Shown: in pieces, positions 35,456-44,450 of the stretch | How the letters are laid out: the number at the start of each line of letters is the position of its first letter | How positions within the stretch are numbered: the stretch's first letter is position 1 | Assembly: GCA_963706445.1 (NCBI GenBank) | Contig: OY970160.1 | Coordinates: forward strand, 1,696,001 to 1,760,000 | Direction: 5' to 3' | Origin: an uncultured Nitrososphaerales archaeon | GTDB lineage: Archaea > Thermoproteota > Nitrososphaeria > Nitrososphaerales > Gagatemarchaeaceae | DNA length: 64,000 nucleotides | Notes under the pieces: generated by a model | Seen by the model: the letters and a program-made list of their open reading frames with translations, nothing else | Databases searched by the model: none | What the model was told of the DNA's origin: nothing | Program-made: the position numbers and the translations under genes

Positions 35456-36703
35456 TTGAACAGAAACATCAGGTTTCTCGGGTTCGGCGCCGCCATCAGA
35501 GCCCTCGGGGTCGCCATGCTCACCCCTTTCATCGGGATCTACATGCGCAGGGTGGTTGGGCTCGACTTCCTGACCATAGGCCTCCTCATCATTGTCATCG
35601 GAATAATCCCGCTGATTATCTCGCCCTTCGGCGGCCTAGTGACCGACAGGATTGGCAGACGCAGGCTGTTCCTGACGATGCTCGGGGTCGAGGCGTTGAG
35701 CATTGGGCTGGTGGGCGTCTCTATGCTCTATGCATCTGTGGCTGGGATCATCATCTCCGCCGCTTTGGCCAACCTTGCCGGAGGCGCGCTGGCCGGCCCT
35801 GCGCTGTCGGCGTACACAGCCGACCTGACTACGACCCCTGAGCGGAGTCAGGCGTTCAGCTGGCAGAGGATAGGATTCAACGGTGGCTATGTCGCTGGAG
35901 TTATCGCCGGCGGATACCTTACCGTCGCCATAGGGTATTCTGCCGCGGGGTTCCTAGCTTCCGCCATCATGGGAGTAGCGGTGGTGTTGCTTACCCTGGT
36001 GCTTTCTCCTTCCCCTTACGATCTGGCCATGGCAAAGGGCGGCTCGCTCGATGGCGGCCCCCCACCTCAGGGCCCGTCGTCTATGAGACAGAGCGCAAGG
36101 ATACTGGCTAACGACAGGGGATTCCTCCTGTTCTGCCTGGCCTTCTTCCTCGCGACCTTGGCAGAAGCACAGTGGGCTACCATCCTGCCACTTTATGTCG
36201 GGACTGTCCTTGGTGTCCCCAACAATTTGCTTGGGGTGGCTCTAGCCCTCAACGGATTGGTAGTCGTCCTGGGACAGAAACAAATCACGAAGTGGGCGAC
36301 GGGACACCTTCACACCTCGTCGGCCAACGCTTCCATCCTGCTCTATGTCGCGGCATACCTTACCTTGGGGGCATTAGGGCTGGGTTGGTCAGGGTGGGGG
36401 GTCTTCGCCGTGGTGTTAATCGCCATAGTGATCCTGACGATTGGTGAGAACTTCGCTGCCATACCCCAGATGACGCTGCCGTCGAACCTTGCCCCGCCGA
36501 CAGAGATAGGGTCATACAACGGGGTGTTCGGGTTGTTTGCAGGGGCAGGGTATGTGTTCGCACCAGCACTTGGCGGGGCGGCCTTGCAGGCAACGAGCAA
36601 CACCCTGCTCGCCTGGGCGCTGATGATGATCCCTGCCATCCCGGCGTTCGTGTTGTTCACGAAGCTCGGCAAGCGCCTGCCGAGGGCCTCCAATACCGTC
36701 TAA
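35456..36703 (+). CDS. MFS transporter
   Basis: GG.VTDRIGRR motif A; about 12 TM segments. Confidence 0.92.
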   Translation: MNRNIRFLGFGAAIRALGVAMLTPFIGIYMRRVVGLDFLTIGLLIIVIGIIPLIISPFGGLVTDRIGRRRLFLTMLGVEALSIGLVGVSMLYASVAGIIISAALANLAGGALAGPALSAYTADLTTTPERSQAFSWQRIGFNGGYVAGVIAGGYLTVAIGYSAAGFLASAIMGVAVVLLTLVLSPSPYDLAMAKGGSLDGGPPPQGPSSMRQSARILANDRGFLLFCLAFFLATLAEAQWATILPLYVGTVLGVPNNLLGVALALNGLVVVLGQKQITKWATGHLHTSSANASILLYVAAYLTLGALGLGWSGWGVFAVVLIAIVILTIGENFAAIPQMTLPSNLAPPTEIGSYNGVFGLFAGAGYVFAPALGGAALQATSNTLLAWALMMIPAIPAFVLFTKLGKRLPRASNTV

Positions 36704-36706
36704 CCC

Positions 36707-37420
36707 TCATTTCTTGCCATGAAGCTTCTCTTCCAGTCGCTTGGCCAGGAGCGCGTTCTCCCCACTTTCGTCGTGCCTTAGATAGACGTAGCACTCGTCG
36801 ACTCCTTCGGCGGTTTTGAGAATCTTGGTGGACCATTCATCGATGGCGGCCTTGTCGTAGGAGTCCTTCCTCAGCCTGAAGTAAGCCATGCTCCCCGTGA
36901 CCTTGAGGGTGGGTTTCATGTCCTCGGTGTCCGCGATACAGAACCCTGCGCCATGCTCCTCGAGGAGGTCGTAGGTGGCTTCGTCGAGCCAGGACTCGTG
37001 CCTGAACTCGAACACCTTCGGCTCCACCTCTGAGGTGTGGGAAAGGAACCCGTCGAGGACCTCGCGGTTGAACTTCGAGAACGGCGGGAGCTGGAAAAGT
37101 ATGGGGCCCCTTCGGGGTCCAAGCGACTCGAGGGTCCCTGAGAGCCTGTTGGCGGCTTCGTACGATCCTCCGCCAAGCCTCGACATGTGGGTGATGAGCC
37201 GGGGAGATTTGAGGGAGAACCGAAATTGCTCCGTCGTCTTCGCCGCCCACCCATTTACCATCGCCGCGCTCGGGGCGGCATAGAACGAGCTGTTGATCTC
37301 GACGCTTCCCAGGCGCTCGGCATAGAGCCGCAGGTAGTCCTCGCTCTTCGCCTCCTTTGGATAGAACGTCCCTTTCCAGCTGGCATAGCTGAAGCCTGAG
37401 ACCCCGACAAAGGATTCCAT
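36707..37420 (-). CDS. DUF72 family TIM-barrel protein
   Basis: VG.SGFSY..W.G.FYP, VEINSSFY, ILFQLPP, EFRH.SW, YFRL; start ATG 37420. Confidence 0.93.
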   Translation of the reverse strand: MESFVGVSGFSYASWKGTFYPKEAKSEDYLRLYAERLGSVEINSSFYAAPSAAMVNGWAAKTTEQFRFSLKSPRLITHMSRLGGGSYEAANRLSGTLESLGPRRGPILFQLPPFSKFNREVLDGFLSHTSEVEPKVFEFRHESWLDEATYDLLEEHGAGFCIADTEDMKPTLKVTGSMAYFRLRKDSYDKAAIDEWSTKILKTAEGVDECYVYLRHDESGENALLAKRLEEKLHGKK

Positions 37421-37511
37421 GAGACTACCATCCCGGGCCTGCGGAAAAATCTTCTCGGAGCTTCCAAGTTTAGTAATCTTAATTATCTCGCGAAGGCCCT
37501 GAAGGGGTAGA

Positions 37512-38357
37512 ATGCCGAAGAAAGACATCTTCTCCGAGGTAGAGAAGCAGGCAGACAGCGCCGCCGTCTCGCGTGCTTCATGGCGCGGAGTCCTGAGCCT
37601 GAACATCCCCACACTAGGGCTGGGCGCCGTCGAGTACCACCTCAGGGCTGCGAAGGCTCATGGGGACCTCCAGCCGGTCAAAGTCGTCAAGCTGGAGAAG
37701 AAGAGCGGCAAGGAGGTCGTGAGCAGGGAGGTCCCGAGAATCTACCGCTACAAAGAGGGACCCAACGGGGAGAGGCTCGACGTCCAAGAGGTCACCCCTG
37801 AAGAGGCGAAGAAGTTCGTCCGCTACAAAGGGGACTTCCCCATAACCGTCAGGACGGAAAAGCGATACTTTCTGAAATACGAATTGGAGTTCACTGGAAA
37901 ATGGATGGAGGTGCCGCTGGACCAGATCGTCGACAAGCAGGAGGGGGAGGAGGTCGAGCCTTTCGAACGGACGACCAAGATCGAAGTGGACCCCGACGGA
38001 TTCGTCCCCATCGAGAGAGTCTCGGAGTACAAATTCAAGGAGGTGTATCAGCTCGCCCCGGACACCGACAAGAAAGTCGGGGAGACCAACTCGAGGGTCA
38101 CTCAGCTCGCCAGGTACCTCACAGAGAAGGACATGGCGCTGGTGGCTTTCTTTTCGTGGGGGAGGGGTTACAACTTTTACACCAGCGTCGTCTATCCCTA
38201 CGAAAGGAAGGACGGAAGGCTCTGGCTCTTGATGGGTCTGAGCGAGGGGATACTGAAGCTGGACGACGCCTGGGCGCTGGCGGAGGAGAAGGGATCGTCA
38301 AGGCTCCCTGCCGTCCCCGTCGCTCGGAAGAAGCCGAAGATAGTGCTCTCGAAGTAG
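37512..38357 (+). CDS. ku: Divergent Ku (NHEJ DNA end-binding) protein
   Basis: RASWRGVLSL matches Ku RAIWKG.ISF; EVP.DQIV; KIEV..FVP.E.V....F...YQLAPD matches Ku IEI..FVP...IDP.YF..SYYL.PD; L...L......VA.F; directly upstream of a ligase. Confidence 0.8.
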   Translation: MPKKDIFSEVEKQADSAAVSRASWRGVLSLNIPTLGLGAVEYHLRAAKAHGDLQPVKVVKLEKKSGKEVVSREVPRIYRYKEGPNGERLDVQEVTPEEAKKFVRYKGDFPITVRTEKRYFLKYELEFTGKWMEVPLDQIVDKQEGEEVEPFERTTKIEVDPDGFVPIERVSEYKFKEVYQLAPDTDKKVGETNSRVTQLARYLTEKDMALVAFFSWGRGYNFYTSVVYPYERKDGRLWLLMGLSEGILKLDDAWALAEEKGSSRLPAVPVARKKPKIVLSK

Positions 38358-38364
38358 CATCAGA

Positions 38365-39198
38365 TTGAGCGAAGAACTCCCGATATACGTCCAGGAGAAC
38401 TACTCCAAGGCGGTCAAGCTCGAGCTCGGCACTTGGCTGAGCAAGAACCCCCTCCCTAGTCTCGTCGAGCCGAAGTATGACGGCATCAGGGTTTTCCTCT
38501 TCAAGAGTGGGGACAAGCTGGTCCTCTCCAGCAAGCATGGGGGGATTTATACCCCGAAGAGCACTCCCCAGGTCTTCTCCAGGGTGCCTGAGTTCCTCCA
38601 CTCCCCGAACCGGATGATTCTAGATGGAGAGTATGTGGCCAAGGAGGCGAAGGGACTCCGCCTCTTCGACGTGCTTCAGGTGGACAACAGGGACATCAGA
38701 CCAAAGCCCCTCACCGAGAGGAAGAAGATACTCAAAGAGATACTCAGGGGGACAGGGCTCGCGGTCCCTTGCACCCTCGCCCGCTCGGTGGACAGAATCA
38801 ACGAGCTGAGGGACGAAGAGGTCAAGGGGGGACGGGAGGGGGTCGTCGTGAAGAACCCCCAGTCAAGCTACGGGCAGCCGAGCTCGTGGCTGAAGCTCAA
38901 GAAGTTCGACACCATCGACGTCTTCGTCACAGGCTTCGTAGAAACGACAGAGATGAGGAAGACAGGGATTGCCCGGTCGTGGTCGGTGGCAGTCTACGAT
39001 GACAGTGGAGATGTGGTGGAGCTAGGGAACGTTGGATCCACTGTGGAGAAGGTCGACCCGCGGAGGATCAAGAAAGGGTTGGTGATCGAAGTCAGGTTCC
39101 AGGAGGTCACTAGGGACAGGAAGCTCAGGGCCCCCTTCGTAATCAGGATTAGGCACGACAAGACCCCCGATGAATGCAAGCTGGACCAGATAGTTTAG
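38365..39198 (+). CDS. Minimal ATP-dependent DNA ligase (adenylation + OB domains only)
   Basis: Motifs I EPKYDGIR, III LDGE, IIIa FDVL, IV EGVVVK, V WLKLK, VI LRAP...IR.DK. Confidence 0.93.
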   Translation: MSEELPIYVQENYSKAVKLELGTWLSKNPLPSLVEPKYDGIRVFLFKSGDKLVLSSKHGGIYTPKSTPQVFSRVPEFLHSPNRMILDGEYVAKEAKGLRLFDVLQVDNRDIRPKPLTERKKILKEILRGTGLAVPCTLARSVDRINELRDEEVKGGREGVVVKNPQSSYGQPSSWLKLKKFDTIDVFVTGFVETTEMRKTGIARSWSVAVYDDSGDVVELGNVGSTVEKVDPRRIKKGLVIEVRFQEVTRDRKLRAPFVIRIRHDKTPDECKLDQIV

Positions 39199-39207
39199 GG
39201 CTCGGGC

Positions 39208-39750
39208 TTGTCGTACAAGAAGGACATCAGACTCGAGGACGCCAGGAAGATAGCCCTGGACTTCCAGTCCAAGACGGAGGACCTGTACAGGAAGTGCCTC
39301 CTCGCCGGGAGCGTCAGGAGGAAGGAGCCAATCGTCCATGACGTCGACTTCGCCGTCATCCCCAAGGGAAAGAACTTCGGATTGTGGAAAGACGAGGTGA
39401 CCCAGAGGGTAGTGGGGATGAGAGGGAGGGTGACGTCGTTCGGGGAGACGATTTCGAATTTCATCTACAAAGGGGTGCAGGTCAACCTGTTCCTCTGCCA
39501 GAATGTGGACGCCTGGGGGGTGACCCAGATGTGGGCGACCGGGCCGAAGGGGCACACGATAGGGATGACGATCAAGGCCAGGGACAAGGGCCTGGTGATC
39601 AACTCGAAGGGGTTGTGGACCAGGGACGACCCGCCCAAGCTGGTCAGGACGAAGACGGAAGAAGACGTGGGAAGGATTCTGGACTGGAAGTACAAGCCTC
39701 CAGAGGCGAGGGGGAAGGCCGACAAGAAAGCCCCGAAGTTCGATTGGTAG
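39208..39750 (+). CDS. Minimal X-family DNA polymerase (palm + thumb only, ASFV PolX-like size)
   Basis: AGSVRR..P..HDVDF, TGPK.H, ARDKGL.IN..GL, TEEDV...L...YKPPE.R. Confidence 0.85.
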   Translation: MSYKKDIRLEDARKIALDFQSKTEDLYRKCLLAGSVRRKEPIVHDVDFAVIPKGKNFGLWKDEVTQRVVGMRGRVTSFGETISNFIYKGVQVNLFLCQNVDAWGVTQMWATGPKGHTIGMTIKARDKGLVINSKGLWTRDDPPKLVRTKTEEDVGRILDWKYKPPEARGKADKKAPKFDW

Positions 39751-39810
39751 ACGGGTCGGACGCTTGAAGCTTAATTAGGGGTCTCGGGCGCGCGGTCGTT
39801 CTGACCTGAA

Positions 39811-40335
39811 ATGCACGGCTCCAACTATCGCCAGCAGAAGGGGCAGTTCTATTCGAAGAAGTTCGCACCTGGCGCGCCCAACCCCAAGGTGGCGCGTTTC
39901 ACGACAGGCAAGAGCAGGCTGGACTACGACTTCATGTTCAAGCTAATTTCCGATGGTAAGGTCCAGGTTAGGCACAACGCCCTCGAAGCAGCCAGGGTGG
40001 CAGCAAGCAAGAAGGTGGTTCTTGTCGGTGAAGAGAACTTCCTGCTGAAGGTCATATGCTACCCCCACCTTGTCCTCAGAGAGAACAAGATGATTGCGAC
40101 GGCAGGGGCGGACCGTCTGCAGGAAGGGATGCGCAAAGCCTTCGGGAAGCCCATCGGCCTCGCGGCCAGGGTGGGCATAGGCGATGAGGTGCTCGAGCTC
40201 AGCCTCAAGGCGGAGAACTTCGAGAAGGGGAAGGAGGCCATGTGGGCCGCCGCGACGAAGCTCCCCATGAAGACCCACACTGAGATTGTAAAGCTGGAGC
40301 ACGCCGTAGTTGCACCTGCCGAGCCAGCGGCGTAA
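39811..40335 (+). CDS. rpl10e: 50S ribosomal protein uL16 (L10e)
   Basis: QVRHNALEAAR, YPH.VLRENK....GADRLQEGMR.AFGKP. Confidence 0.97.
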   Translation: MHGSNYRQQKGQFYSKKFAPGAPNPKVARFTTGKSRLDYDFMFKLISDGKVQVRHNALEAARVAASKKVVLVGEENFLLKVICYPHLVLRENKMIATAGADRLQEGMRKAFGKPIGLAARVGIGDEVLELSLKAENFEKGKEAMWAAATKLPMKTHTEIVKLEHAVVAPAEPAA

Positions 40336-40432
40336 TGGCGCCCTCGTAGAGACCGTTTCAATTCCTGCAGGAAGTATATAATGGGCCCACGCAGGCCGAA
40401 TTTGGAAACCGGAGTATCTGGATGTCAGTTCT

Positions 40433-41464
40433 ATGGCAATCATAATAGATGAGAAGCGAGTCTTCGAGATAATCGAGGCCAAGAGGCCCAAGGTGGTCCT
40501 GGTGAACGCACCCGGAGGGCTCCTCATGCAGACGAAGGGGCTGATGGAGCTGGTGAAGGAGAAGTACGGTGTTACGAGCATCCTCTCGGGGGACAGCTGC
40601 TACGGGATATGCGATACTGTCGACGAAAACGTCGAGACCCTCCAGGCAGACCTCGCCTTCCACATCGGACACAACGCGGCCGTGACCGAAGTCGGGGATT
40701 ACACTTACCTTGTGGACGCAGTCGACGACGTGGAATTCGGAGAGGTTGTGGAGAAAGCGGCGAAGGTCATGGCCCCCTACAAGCGGGTGGGGCTTGCGAC
40801 CTTCAGCCAACACCTTCATCAGCTCAAGCCAGTCAAGGAGAGGCTCGAATCCAAGGGGTTCCAAGTGGTCGTAGGGAAAGGGAACAACCTGATGTTGGAA
40901 GGGCAGGTCTTCGGTTGCGACTTCTCGACCTCCTTCCCCATCCGGGACCAAGTCGACGCCTTCGTGGTCCTCGGGGAAAGCGAGTTCCACGCCGTGGGCC
41001 TCGCCCTAGCCACCGGCAAGCCGACCTACATGCTGGACCCCTACATGGACGAAGTTACAGACATGCAAAAGGCCGCAGATGAGCGGAGGAAGCGGGCGAT
41101 CCTTTCTGTGTACAAGGCCCGGGATGCCAGGGTCTTCGGGGTGGTCACCGGACTCAAGGAGGGCCAGAAGATGCTCGGGAGGAGCAGGTGGATTTCGAAG
41201 CGCTTGGAGATGAACGGGAGGAAGGTCATACAGCTGGCCATGCGGGATGTGACGGCGGAGCGTCTGGCGCCCCACAGGGAGATCGAAGCGTTCATCCAGA
41301 CGGCTTGCCCGCGGATTTCCATCGACGGGTTCACCTTCGATAGGCCGGTGCTGTCGATACCCCAGGCGGACGCATTAGTCGCGCTTATTGAGGGGAGGGA
41401 ACCGGGGGAGTTCCTCGAAAGGTCGAAGTGGATAGAATTGACAGTGGGGTTGATCAAGAAATGA
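40433..41464 (+). CDS. dph2: Diphthamide biosynthesis enzyme Dph2
   Basis: CYG.CD, GH, GQVFGC, FH, ACPRI..D (three Fe-S Cys). Confidence 0.95.
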   Translation: MAIIIDEKRVFEIIEAKRPKVVLVNAPGGLLMQTKGLMELVKEKYGVTSILSGDSCYGICDTVDENVETLQADLAFHIGHNAAVTEVGDYTYLVDAVDDVEFGEVVEKAAKVMAPYKRVGLATFSQHLHQLKPVKERLESKGFQVVVGKGNNLMLEGQVFGCDFSTSFPIRDQVDAFVVLGESEFHAVGLALATGKPTYMLDPYMDEVTDMQKAADERRKRAILSVYKARDARVFGVVTGLKEGQKMLGRSRWISKRLEMNGRKVIQLAMRDVTAERLAPHREIEAFIQTACPRISIDGFTFDRPVLSIPQADALVALIEGREPGEFLERSKWIELTVGLIKK

Positions 41465-42039
41465 AGGAGAAAGCGAAGGCGTCTGCGGTCCTTCCAGGGG
41501 ACAAGTTAGCCGTCTCGGAGGAGTTCCTCCCAGGGCAGCACACCTATGACGACTCGGGGCTAATCAGGGCCCTTGCGGTGGGTTCCATCGTGAAGGACTC
41601 CAAGAGCATGGAGATATCGGTCAAGCCCGCGGTTGAGCCGGATCTGATAAAGATTGACGACTGGATTACGGGACAGGTGGAAGCGACGCAGGCAAATTCA
41701 GCCAACGTCCACATCTACTTCCTGAACGGGAAGCCGACCTACAAGGACTTCTCAGGGATGCTCTCTCTCAGGGGGCTTTCGGGCGGAGGGAGAGGAATGC
41801 GCAGGACGACCCCTGTGAAATCTGGGGATGTGGTGAGGTGCAGGGTCTTCAGTCTCGTCAACGGACTCATCCACCTTAGCATTGACGAGCCGGACATGGG
41901 GGTGGTTGCTGCCCTGTGCGGCAACTGCGGGAGGCCCCTACTCAAGGGGAACGCTACTCGGGTCAAGTGCGACGAATGCGGGAACGTGGAGGAAAGGAAG
42001 CTGGCCAGAGACTTCGGGACCAGCCCCATACTGCCCTAG
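41461..42039 (+). CDS. csl4: Exosome RNA-binding subunit Csl4
   Basis: LPGD.L...EEF.PG, GD.VR..V, GVV.A.C..CG...C..CG..E.RKLA; precedes rpo11. Confidence 0.93.
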   Translation: MKEKAKASAVLPGDKLAVSEEFLPGQHTYDDSGLIRALAVGSIVKDSKSMEISVKPAVEPDLIKIDDWITGQVEATQANSANVHIYFLNGKPTYKDFSGMLSLRGLSGGGRGMRRTTPVKSGDVVRCRVFSLVNGLIHLSIDEPDMGVVAALCGNCGRPLLKGNATRVKCDECGNVEERKLARDFGTSPILP

Positions 42040-42118
42040 GCGGGACGATGAAACCTCTGAAATGAAAGGAATCTTCCTATCAGCTTAATAACGAGAAACC
42101 GAGGGGCGCTCAGTCTAA

Positions 42119-42406
42119 TTGCAAGTCCAGACTACCAGTGAAGATGAGAAGGGGCTCACGGTCGAGATAACTGGAGAGGATTACTCCCTGGCCGAGATCG
42201 TCCACCATGAGCTGCTAGAGGAGAAGAGCGTGACCTTCGCAGGCGTCCTACCCCCTCACCCGCTCATCAAGAAGCTGGTGCTAAAGGTCAGGGCTCAGCG
42301 CATAAAGCCCGAGAAGGCGTTTTCAAACAGCGTAGAGAGAGCGATGGAGACCACCCAGGAGCTGTTCACCGGAGTCAAAAAGGCCCTAGGCGGTGGCTCT
42401 TCCTGA
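42119..42406 (+). CDS. rpo11: RNA polymerase subunit Rpo11 (RpoL)
   Basis: GEDYSL, V.FAG...PHPL; csl4-rpoL-tfs synteny. Confidence 0.88.
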   Translation: MQVQTTSEDEKGLTVEITGEDYSLAEIVHHELLEEKSVTFAGVLPPHPLIKKLVLKVRAQRIKPEKAFSNSVERAMETTQELFTGVKKALGGGSS

Positions 42407-42408
42407 CC

Positions 42409-42759
42409 CTGAAGTTCTGCCCCAAGTGTGGAACCAGGCTCAAGCTGAAAGAAGACAAAAGCGCCCGCGGAGTAAGGACGCTGATATTCCTCTGTGAGAA
42501 CTGCGGCTGGAAGGACCCCAAAGCGGGTAACACTGTGACCCAACCCACTGAGGAGGAGGTGTCGACCACCCCACAAATCAAGGTGGTGGGGGACAAGGAA
42601 GCGAAGCTGAATTCGCTCCCGACTACGAAGATTGACTGCCCGAAGTGCGGCCACAACGAGGCCTCCTGGTGGTTCCTCCAGACGAGGAGTGGAGATGAGC
42701 CGCCGACCCAGTTCTACAGGTGTATGAAGTGCAACCACACATGGCGCAGCTATAGCTAG
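42409..42759 (+). CDS. tfs: Transcription factor S (TFS/RpoM); apparent CTG start
   Basis: (L)KFCPKCG...C.NCG N-terminal ribbon upstream of the track start; CPKCGH, QTRSGDEP.T.FY.C..C...WR. Confidence 0.93.
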   Translation: MKFCPKCGTRLKLKEDKSARGVRTLIFLCENCGWKDPKAGNTVTQPTEEEVSTTPQIKVVGDKEAKLNSLPTTKIDCPKCGHNEASWWFLQTRSGDEPPTQFYRCMKCNHTWRSYS

Positions 42760-43313
42760 ACATCGTCCCTAGTATAGACTTCGGCCGCGTCCCCGCCGGC
42801 TATCAGTATGTCCGCGCTCGCAGCAGGGATTGATGCCACGTCATCGGCTTCGTACGGCCCATAGCGCCTCATGTCCACACCGACCAGCTCGTTGATGTGT
42901 TTGAGGAACTTTACAGTGACATTCCTCTGAGACTCGGTGCGATGGGCGAATTCGACGAACGATGGCTGCCCGGAGGACACCGCTTCGACCATTGTATGGA
43001 AACGCTTCTCGAACTTCTGTTCGGCCGAGCAGACGTATCGCTCCTCGGGAAGCAGCTGAAGGAGGGCATTCTGCTGCATCGCCTTCTTCGCCCGCAGCTT
43101 GAGCAGCTGGGCCACCATCGATTCGATCATCTTTGACTGGACGGCGATGAGGCGAACTGATACCTCAGAGGTGCCGGAGGTCGCTGACCTCTTCAGCTTC
43201 TGGCTGTAGGTCGAGATGCTCGAGTAGAAGTCGTTGGGGAGCGGGAGCAGCGAGGCAGCCTGGGACTCGGAATCGAGCCTCCTTCGCAGGTATTCAAGGG
43301 TGGTTTCAGCCAT
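42756..43313 (-). CDS. GINS complex subunit (Gins51 type)
   Basis: L.PLP.DFY, LLPEE, VKFL..I.ELVGVD...YGP....DVASIP...A..LI; downstream of priS. Confidence 0.88.
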   Translation of the reverse strand: MAETTLEYLRRRLDSESQAASLLPLPNDFYSSISTYSQKLKRSATSGTSEVSVRLIAVQSKMIESMVAQLLKLRAKKAMQQNALLQLLPEERYVCSAEQKFEKRFHTMVEAVSSGQPSFVEFAHRTESQRNVTVKFLKHINELVGVDMRRYGPYEADDVASIPAASADILIAGGDAAEVYTRDDV

Positions 43314-44402
43314 TTACACAACCTCCCCGAGGCCCCGCGTCAAGATCGGCACCGCCGCATAGGTAGGGAGTTCAGTCGTTGTGGGCTTTTGGAACGGCCC
43401 GAAGTCCTTGTGCTTCATCCTGAACTTGGGATAGAACTCCACCTTGACCTTCACAGGTTTCACGCTGAGCACGACGGGGCCCTCCTGCGGATCGAACTCA
43501 TCCATCGACCGGATTCTTGTCTTTGCCATTCCTGAGTCCCCATGAAGCGTCCCGGCGAGCCTGAACACCCGGTGGATATCGGTGGTCACGGATGAGTCCA
43601 CCATGGCCCTCTGCGATGAAATCGCCTCCGAGACGAGTTTCTGCAGGGTCCCTCCGTAGTCCTGCCTCCTCTCGTCGACGTAGCCTGTGATCCTCTTCGT
43701 CCATCCCGCACCTTGGGGGCCACTGGGGGGCCTCCTTCTGAGGGACGAGGCCAACGTCTGGTTCAGTGGTAGTGATGAGCCTCGCATGTACTCGGCGATT
43801 TCCCCGCGGGCCTGCTGGTCCAGTGGGTCGAATCTTCTGTCGAAGACGTGGATGTGGTAACCGCGGTTGCCTGAGAAGTAGAGCCTTATCGTCTCGCGTT
43901 CGACCCCGAAGTCGTTCACCAGGAACCCCACCACCCTTGTGGCGTGCTCCTTCGCCGCGTCGAGACATATGTCGCATGTCCCATGATATTCCACCGTCGG
44001 ACCTCCGCACTTCGTGCACTGATGGGGCCGGGGGAGCTTCGCGGACGCGTGGCACTTCTCGCAGTACCATAGGTCGTGTCCCTTCTTGCATGTGGTGGGG
44101 ATGTCTGTCGCGTCGATGTCGAAGATGAGCTCGGCGCCGAGCCAGCCTTTCTCCTCGATTGGTCGGGCTGGGGATTCGTACCTTGCGTTCGAGCAGTAGA
44201 CAGACGAAGGGGATTGCTTGAGGATCTCCGCCTGCGCTTCGCCTTTGGTCTTGAAGGAGAGGTGCCTGACCATCCCTCCGCCGAAGGGGATGTAGCCGAA
44301 CTCCCTCGACGCGATGTCGTCGGGGAACTCGATTTTTTCAGAGCCTCGAAAATAATATTCCTTGTAGGCTGATTTCAGCCAGGCTTTCGTCCCGTCGTTC
44401 AA
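43314..44402 (-). CDS. priS: DNA primase small subunit
   Basis: REFG, RH, ELIFDID, FSGNRGYH, D..VT.D..R.FRL.GTLH. Confidence 0.96.
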   Translation of the reverse strand: MNDGTKAWLKSAYKEYYFRGSEKIEFPDDIASREFGYIPFGGGMVRHLSFKTKGEAQAEILKQSPSSVYCSNARYESPARPIEEKGWLGAELIFDIDATDIPTTCKKGHDLWYCEKCHASAKLPRPHQCTKCGGPTVEYHGTCDICLDAAKEHATRVVGFLVNDFGVERETIRLYFSGNRGYHIHVFDRRFDPLDQQARGEIAEYMRGSSLPLNQTLASSLRRRPPSGPQGAGWTKRITGYVDERRQDYGGTLQKLVSEAISSQRAMVDSSVTTDIHRVFRLAGTLHGDSGMAKTRIRSMDEFDPQEGPVVLSVKPVKVKVEFYPKFRMKHKDFGPFQKPTTTELPTYAAVPILTRGLGEVV

Positions 44403-44450
44403 CTTCGGCCGGTTCCCAGGCAGCGTGCAGATAAGTCATCCGCAGGGACC

